Source of the DNA: an uncultured Acidobacteriota bacterium
Lineage (GTDB): Bacteria > Acidobacteriota > Vicinamibacteria > Vicinamibacterales > 2-12-FULL-66-21
Direction: 5' to 3'
NCBI GenBank assembly: GCA_963785755.1
Contig: CAWAXG010000002.1
Coordinates: forward strand, 625,128 to 689,127
Length of the DNA stretch: 64,000 nucleotides
Part shown: positions 58,513-64,000 of the stretch, one piece after another
How positions within the stretch are numbered: the first letter of the stretch is position 1
Layout: each line of letters begins with the position of its first letter
The notes under the pieces: model-generated
Databases searched by the model: none
Told to the model about the DNA's origin: nothing
Seen by the model: only the letters and a program-made list of their open reading frames with translations
Position numbers and translations under genes: made by a program

Positions 58513-60025
58513 ACGACTCGCGGCGCGCGGAGGCCGAGAGCTTGATCAGATACTTGTTTGGGTCAGCCCAGAACAGCTGACGGAGCTCCGCGAGCGAAGA
58601 CGCGCCGCCGTAGCTGATCGACGAGCACAGGTGCTTCATCATGTCGCGGACGATCGTCCGGGCCGAGCCGCGTGCGGGCACGCTGATCTCCATGCCTTCG
58701 GCGCCGATGGCTTCGAGCTCGCGGGGGTCGGCCTCCTCCACGTCGAGCCGATCGCGGATCGCCTCGATCGACGCCATTCCACGAAGCACTTTGAAGGGCA
58801 CCTTGACCGTCTTCTGCGATTCGGGCAGGACGACGGCCTTGTGCACGACCTCTCCGGGGGCTTCTTCGGTACCCGCGAAGACGCTCCCCAGCATCGCGCA
58901 ATCGCCGCCGAAGAGCAGGGCCTCTGCCAGCGCGCCGTGCCGCCTGATCCCGCCGTCGGCGATGATCGGCACGCCGGAGCCTGCGACGGCCAGGCGGCAC
59001 TCGACGAGCGCCTGGACCTGGGGCACGCCGAAGCTGGTCGTCAACCGCGTCGTGCACCCGCCGCCAGGTCCGATGCCGACCTTCACGCCATCGGCGCCGC
59101 GCTCGACGAGGAACCGCGCGCCTTCGGCGGTTGCGACATTGCCGGCGATCATCTCGACCCCCGCAAACCGCTTCCTGAATTCGCGCATGGCACGGTCCAT
59201 CACGACCGAATGGCCGTGCGCGATGTCAATCACGAGGACATCGACCTCCGCCTTGATCAGTTCCGCCGCCCGCTCGAGGTAATCGCCGGTCGCCCCGATC
59301 GCCGCGCCGACCATCAGGCGTCCCTGCGCATCGCGGGTGGCGAAAGGCCTGCGCCGCTGCCGGACGAGGTCCTTCGCCGTCACCAGGCCGGTCAACACGC
59401 CGTTCCCGTCCACGAGCGGAAGCTTCTTGACCTTCCGCTCGATCATGATGCGTTCGGCCTCGGCGCTGGAGGCGGCGCCGCGGTGCACGACCAGCCGGTC
59501 GAGCGGGGTCATCCGATCGGCGACGGTCAGATCGGTGGGATTGACGAACCGCAGATCGCGCTCCGTCAGCAGCCCCAGCAGCCGGCGCTGCTCGTCGACG
59601 ACGACGAGGGTGCCGACGCGGGACCGGGCCATGAGCGCGCGAGCCTCGGACAGGGGCACCCGCGGGCCGATGCTGTAGGGATCACCGATGACCCCGTGCT
59701 GCGTCCGTTTGACCTTCTCGACCTCACGCACCTGCGGCTCGATTTCGCCGGGCCGGTATCCGCGGTCGATGACGCCGATCCCGCCTTCCTCCGCCTGCAC
59801 GACCGCCATCGGCGCGCGCGTCACGGTATCCATGTTCGCGGACACCATCGGACGCTTGAGCGTGATGCGGCGGGTGAGCTGACATGAGAGATCGATCGCA
59901 TCGGGGTCGCGAGTCGGCAGGACGCTGTGCTGCGGGGTCAGGATGAAGTCGTCGAACGTGCAGCCTCGCACCAGCTCGAGAACAGATTTCCCGACCCGGG
60001 CATCGATGGAGGGAAACGGTGGCAT
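58502..60025 (-). CDS. IMP dehydrogenase-family protein with CBS pair (GuaB-like)
   Basis: TIM-barrel motifs GIGPGGGCTTR and ADGGIRRHG, plus an internal CBS pair. The catalytic loop differs slightly from the canonical GSICTT, so paralog status is uncertain. Confidence 0.8.
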   Translation of the reverse strand: MPPFPSIDARVGKSVLELVRGCTFDDFILTPQHSVLPTRDPDAIDLSCQLTRRITLKRPMVSANMDTVTRAPMAVVQAEEGGIGVIDRGYRPGEIEPQVREVEKVKRTQHGVIGDPYSIGPRVPLSEARALMARSRVGTLVVVDEQRRLLGLLTERDLRFVNPTDLTVADRMTPLDRLVVHRGAASSAEAERIMIERKVKKLPLVDGNGVLTGLVTAKDLVRQRRRPFATRDAQGRLMVGAAIGATGDYLERAAELIKAEVDVLVIDIAHGHSVVMDRAMREFRKRFAGVEMIAGNVATAEGARFLVERGADGVKVGIGPGGGCTTRLTTSFGVPQVQALVECRLAVAGSGVPIIADGGIRRHGALAEALLFGGDCAMLGSVFAGTEEAPGEVVHKAVVLPESQKTVKVPFKVLRGMASIEAIRDRLDVEEADPRELEAIGAEGMEISVPARGSARTIVRDMMKHLCSSISYGGASSLAELRQLFWADPNKYLIKLSASARRESYER

Positions 60026-60035
60026 GGGGTTATGT

Positions 60036-60250
60036 TACGTGCTTTCGTCCGTGTGCTACGTGCTCGGTGCTGGTGCTGGGTGCTACGGTGCCTGCGTGCG
60101 GAGGGCGAACGTGGAGGCGACGGGCGACGAGCGGTGCCGCGCGCGATGCTTCCCAGCCGTCAGCTGGAGAACGCAGCAGTAGCACGGAGCACTGAGCACG
60201 GAGCACGCAGCACCGCACGTGAGCACGTAGCACGCAGGACGTAGCACTGA
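60036..60250. repeat. Split inverted array of GTGCT... / ...AGCAC heptamers (array D) in a divergent promoter region
   Basis: Left arm, about 60036-60101: tacgtgctttcgtccgtgtgctacgtgctcggtgctggtgctgggtgctacggtgcctgcgtgc. Right arm, about 60172-60250: agcagtagcacggagcactgagcacggagcacgcagcaccgcacgtgagcacgtagcacgcaggacgtagcac. Confidence 0.85.
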
Positions 60251-60261
60251 GAGAATATCCG

Positions 60262-60882
60262 ATGCTGTTGGCCGAAGTCGAAACAAAGCTGCGGCTGCGG
60301 CTGGCCGGGACTCTTCCCGGCGTGGAGGCGCAGGTCCGGTTCGCACCGGTTCCCGGCGCGAAGGGCTGGCGGGCGGGTGAGTTTCCGGCCGATGCCCGCA
60401 CGGCGGCGGCGCTGCTGCTGATTTATCCGGGGGACTACGGCGTCGCGATTCCGCTGACGGTGCGTGCCAGCACGCTGGCGCGTCATGCCGGCCAGATCAG
60501 CCTTCCCGGCGGCGCCACCGATCCAGGTGAAACGCTCGCGCAGGCGGCGCTGCGCGAAGCCTCCGAAGAGATCGGCATCGATCCCGCCTCGGTTCGGGTG
60601 CTGGGAGAACTGACGCCGGTCCACGTCCTCGTCAGCGGCTTCACGTTGCATCCGGTGGTCGGGGTGACCGATGATCGGCCGCCGTTTCAGGCCGCGCCGG
60701 GCGAGGTGGACGAAATCCTCGAGGTGCGTCTCGAGGATCTCCGCGATGCTTCACGCATCCGCACGGGGACGCACGTGCGCGAAGGCGTCGCCATCGAATA
60801 TCCCTACTTCGATCTCTCGGGCCATCGCGTCTGGGGCGCCACGGCGATGGTGCTCGGGGAGTTCATCACCCTCTTTGGCTGA
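60262..60882 (+). CDS. NUDIX hydrolase (CoA pyrophosphatase-like)
   Basis: Nudix box LPGGATDPGETLAQAALREASEEIGI. Confidence 0.9.
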   Translation: MLLAEVETKLRLRLAGTLPGVEAQVRFAPVPGAKGWRAGEFPADARTAAALLLIYPGDYGVAIPLTVRASTLARHAGQISLPGGATDPGETLAQAALREASEEIGIDPASVRVLGELTPVHVLVSGFTLHPVVGVTDDRPPFQAAPGEVDEILEVRLEDLRDASRIRTGTHVREGVAIEYPYFDLSGHRVWGATAMVLGEFITLFG

Positions 60883-60994
60883 AGCCGGGCGGTTCTCGCG
60901 TCACGACGGCTGTGAACGGCAGGCCGACTTCCCTCCCTCGTCGTCGAAAGAGAAGTCGCTGGATTCGCCTTACGTGACGGCTCCGCATCTCGTG

Positions 60995-61396
60995 ATGACC
61001 CGGACATACTTTCCTCTCGCGATCGCACTGACCGGATCGCTGACACTTGCCGGCTGCGGGCTGGCCATGCCGGCCCCAATCGTTCTCGAAGGTCAGACGT
61101 TTCCACAGGTGCGAGCAGCTGAAATCCGAACCGGAATGTCGCCGCGCGAAGTCGAGGCACTTCTTGGAACGCCTCTCACCCGAGCGGTTTCGTCGCATGG
61201 CGAGACCTGGACGTACCGCTACATGCAACGAAGGAAAGAATGCCGGATGGTTGTGCTTGGCATTCAGCTCGGGCGCTTCCCTGCGGACACGCACCATGTC
61301 GAGGTGGTCTTCGATAATGGCCGCGTCGAGCGTGGTGTCTACCGGCACCATGCATCCGAAGGGCGTTCGGAGCAGGTCATCGTGACGTCACGGTAA
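60995..61396 (+). CDS. Lipoprotein, BamE/SmpA_OmlA-like (tentative)
   Basis: Lipobox LTLAGCG. GMSPREVEALLGTPL resembles the SmpA/OmlA core. Confidence 0.55.
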   Translation: MTRTYFPLAIALTGSLTLAGCGLAMPAPIVLEGQTFPQVRAAEIRTGMSPREVEALLGTPLTRAVSSHGETWTYRYMQRRKECRMVVLGIQLGRFPADTHHVEVVFDNGRVERGVYRHHASEGRSEQVIVTSR

Positions 61397-61603
61397 ATCC
61401 TTCTGGTGGCTCAGTCGTGACGGGTCCTCGGAGTTCAGTCTGTCCCAGTCCCGATGCTTGTGCTTGACGCCGACGATCGGCACGAAGCGCACCACGAGCA
61501 TGACCAGCCACCAGATCACGTACAGCGCGGCGGCATGGATCGCCAGGAGCCCGGCGATCATCGCGAAGCCTGCCGCGAGCTGAAGGATGGTTCGCAGAGT
61601 CAC
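61388..61603 (-). CDS. Small two-TM hypothetical protein
   Basis: 71-aa hydrophobic ORF. No homology recognised. Weak call. Confidence 0.35.
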   Translation of the reverse strand: MTLRTILQLAAGFAMIAGLLAIHAAALYVIWWLVMLVVRFVPIVGVKHKHRDWDRLNSEDPSRLSHQKDLP

Positions 61604-61624
61604 TGCCTCCGTACAGTCGCGCGA

Positions 61625-62965
61625 TCAGCGCGCCGCCCGGATCGCAAACAGATGTTCCGCGCCGCGGATGAAAATCGTGCCGTCCGCCAGCGCGGGCGAC
61701 GCATAGACCGGCTCCCCAACCGAATTGGTCCGGACGATCTCGTGCACCGGTCCCGCCTTCAGGACGAACGTGTCGCCGTCCTCGCTCGTCATCAGCAGGC
61801 GATCACCATATGCGGCGATCGACGCGGTGAACGTGGCCGGAACCGGCGGGCGTCCGCCTTCGTACTTCACGGCGCCTGTGCGTGCGTCGAGGCAGGTGAC
61901 GAGGCCGGCGTCGGTCATGAGATACAGAAAATCGCCGTGCAGAATCGGCGATGGCACGTACGCCGTCCCCTTGCGATAGGTCCAGACCAGGGCATCCGAG
62001 TTGGTCATGTCGCCCTCACCGCCTGGGCGAATCGCCATCGCACGCTTCGCCTGGCTGCCTGCCGTGAAGAACACGAGACCGTGGCCGGCGACGGCACTGG
62101 GAATCGGATGACTCTCGGTGCCATTCGCGCGCCACAACTCCTTGCCGGTGCGCGGATCGTAGCCGGCGACCATCTCCGCACCCGCCGCGACGAGCTCCGT
62201 TCGCCCGCTCGCGCGAACAATCAGCGGTGTCGCCCAGCTCCGGCGCGTCGTTCGAGCGGTCCGCCAGACTTCGCGGCCGGTTCGCTTGTCGAGCGCAACC
62301 AGCGCGGAGTTCGCGCCCATTTCCTGATCCGCCTGGACGATGAGCAGGTCCTCGAAGAGGATCGGCGACGTGCCGGGACCCATGCCGCCTTTGGCGATGC
62401 GGCCCAGGGCTTCGCTCTTCCACACCTGCCGGCCATCGAAATCGTACGCATACACACCGGCCGCCTCGAAATAGAAGTACGCCAGCGTCCCGTCGGTCAC
62501 CGCCGTCGGGGACGCATAGGTATTCTTTCTGTGCCGGTTGTCGTGCATCAGGCCGTCGTACGCCGTTCTCTCCCACAGCAGCGTTCCGGTACGCGCGTCC
62601 ACGGCCAGCACCTTCAGGGCGTATTCGTGATCGGCGCCAACGCTGTCGGGATGCAGATAGCCCGGCTTCAAGTCGTAGCCGAGATGATCGGGCGCCTTGT
62701 GCCCGGGAGCGTGTTCGCCTTCGACAGACGTCGTGAGAAAAATATGGTGGCCCCACACGATCGGGGACGAGTGTCCGCGACCCGCGATGCGCGTCTTCCA
62801 CGCCACGTTCGTCGCCGGGCTCCACTCGCTCGGGTAGTCGGCCGTGGAAGACACTCCGGTTCCACCGGCTCCCCTCCACTGCGGCCAGTGCCCCTCGTCC
62901 GCCGCGCGAGATGACGAGGACGAGAGCAGGATCCAGCTGGCCGCGAACGCGAGCACGACACGCAT
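61625..62965 (-). CDS. PQQ-like beta-propeller repeat protein, secreted
   Basis: Signal peptide MRVVLAFAASWILLSSSSSRAA. Repeated ...G..lW.. propeller blades. Confidence 0.8.
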   Translation of the reverse strand: MRVVLAFAASWILLSSSSSRAADEGHWPQWRGAGGTGVSSTADYPSEWSPATNVAWKTRIAGRGHSSPIVWGHHIFLTTSVEGEHAPGHKAPDHLGYDLKPGYLHPDSVGADHEYALKVLAVDARTGTLLWERTAYDGLMHDNRHRKNTYASPTAVTDGTLAYFYFEAAGVYAYDFDGRQVWKSEALGRIAKGGMGPGTSPILFEDLLIVQADQEMGANSALVALDKRTGREVWRTARTTRRSWATPLIVRASGRTELVAAGAEMVAGYDPRTGKELWRANGTESHPIPSAVAGHGLVFFTAGSQAKRAMAIRPGGEGDMTNSDALVWTYRKGTAYVPSPILHGDFLYLMTDAGLVTCLDARTGAVKYEGGRPPVPATFTASIAAYGDRLLMTSEDGDTFVLKAGPVHEIVRTNSVGEPVYASPALADGTIFIRGAEHLFAIRAAR

Positions 62966-63007
62966 CGGCACAGAATAGCAGGCCAGATTGCTGATTGGCG
63001 TTTCACG

Positions 63008-63645
63008 ATGACCGGACTCGTTCCTCTCGATCGGGCGCTGTCCAAGGTTGGCGCGGGCCACCGCGATCCGAAGCGCGCGCGTGATCGCGCTGGACGGGTC
63101 CGCGTGGGCGGGCGGATCGTCCGCGATCCGGCGCGTCTGGTGCAGCCGGAGCGCGCTCACCTGCTGGTGGACGGCCCACGGTGTTCGACGTCCTCGGGGC
63201 CGAGGCGAGCCGGCTGGTCGCCGTCGGACGGCTCGATCGCGGAACGGGCGGTCTCCTGATCCTGACCACAGACACCCAGCTGGCGAACCGGCTCACGGAT
63301 CCCGCATCAGGGTTCATCCGGCGCTATCTCGTCACGGTACGGGGAGCGCTCTCAGACGAGTCCGCGGCAGGGATGACCGCTGGGATTGACGGGCTTCGGG
63401 CGGTGGCGGTGCGCGTCCGGAAGCGGTCGTCGCGTGAAACTCATCTGATCGTCGAGCTGGATGAAGGACGGAATCGGGAGATCCGCCGGCTGTGCGAGGC
63501 GGTCGGCCATGAGGTCACGGCGCTGAAGCGCGTGGCGTTTGGCGGCCTCGAGCTCGGCGACCTGCAGCCCGGCCGCTGGCGCGAGGTGTCGCGCCAGGAG
63601 ATCAGGCGGGCTTTCGGGCCGGCGACCTGGACGGCGCGCCGTTGA
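63008..63645 (+). pseudogene. RluB/RsuA-family pseudouridine synthase; deletion and frame disruptions as assembled
   Basis: S4-like N-terminus (LDRALSKVG...GRVRVGGRIVRDP...LLVDG) in ORF 63008... The catalytic core RPTVFDVLG..VGRLDRGTGGLLILTTD is in ORF 63181..63645. The ~25-30 aa normally between VDG and RPTVFD are absent. Confidence 0.75.
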
Positions 63646-63702
63646 TAGAATTGGGATTTTGGGGCCGTCCGATGGCCGCCGACAAGCGCGAAAGGCTTTC
63701 AC

Positions 63703-64000
63703 ATGAATCCACGTGTCGTCGAAGCAATCAACCGGCAGATCAACTCCGAGCTGAGCGCGTCCTATTCGTACCTCGGCATGTCCGCCTGGTGCGAGCGCCA
63801 GAAGCTCACCGGCGCGGCACGCTGGCTGCGCCTGCAGAGCCAGGAAGAGTACATGCACGCGATGAAGCTGTTCGACTTCGTGCTGGCGCGGGACATGGAC
63901 GTCGATCTGCGCGCCATCGAGCCGGCGCAGCTGCCGTTCAAATCGCTCCTCGACGTCTTCGAGCGCGCGCTCGAGCAGGAACAGGAAGTGACGCGCCAGA
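63703..64000 (+). CDS. Ferritin (non-heme), 3' end outside window
   Basis: MNPRVVEAINRQINSELSASYSYLGMSAWCE...QEEYMHAMKLFDF ferroxidase-centre pattern. Confidence 0.85.
   Translation, partial: MNPRVVEAINRQINSELSASYSYLGMSAWCERQKLTGAARWLRLQSQEEYMHAMKLFDFVLARDMDVDLRAIEPAQLPFKSLLDVFERALEQEQEVTRQ

Overview
High-GC chromosomal window (roughly two-thirds G+C by eye). It looks Acidobacteriota-like: three ADOP/MacB-type permeases with a PadR regulator, and two TIGR03436-style VWA proteins. I recognise about 60 protein-coding genes and no rRNA, tRNA, CRISPR array, transposase or integrase.

Main blocks:
- 16-2771: a translationally coupled Mrp/NBP35, PCP_red and radical-SAM/SPASM trio.
- 2772-4478: a Cys-type sulfatase.
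- 4616-13079, minus strand: a respiratory operon with ACIII-like ActC/ActD/ActF, a blue-copper protein and an aa3-type oxidase. It has no ActA/ActB/ActE and no CxxCH heme-c motif in any product.
- 13393-17779: a MacAB-like efflux operon.
- Housekeeping genes, including clpS-clpA-grpE, lepB, a guaB-like gene, a TrmH-family methyltransferase, sufE with a rhodanese, and ferritin.
- Hydrolases and peptidases: GH20, TldD/PmbA x2, S9, M90 and DUF45.

Three cross-cutting signals are not explained by the gene list:
1. Almost every intergenic spacer longer than about 50 bp is built from short-period (7-8 nt, sometimes 13-30 nt) tandem repeats. Their unit sequences recur elsewhere in inverted orientation, and some form long imperfect palindromes.
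2. At least nine conserved genes are frame-disrupted. Five of the breaks sit on a GTAC tetranucleotide, and three sit on the identical 8-mer AGTACCGA. This points to a systematic sequencing or modification artefact, or to a motif-specific mutational process.
3. There are several in-gene rearrangements: a 13-nt x6 coding repeat, a 30-bp tandem duplication, a large in-frame deletion in one ADOP permease, and a deletion in a pseudouridine synthase.

I do not see a recognisable defence or mobile system. The most novel candidates are the cytochrome-c-free ACIII-like/cupredoxin/oxidase cluster, the repeat-built intergenic architecture and the uncharacterised rSAM module.
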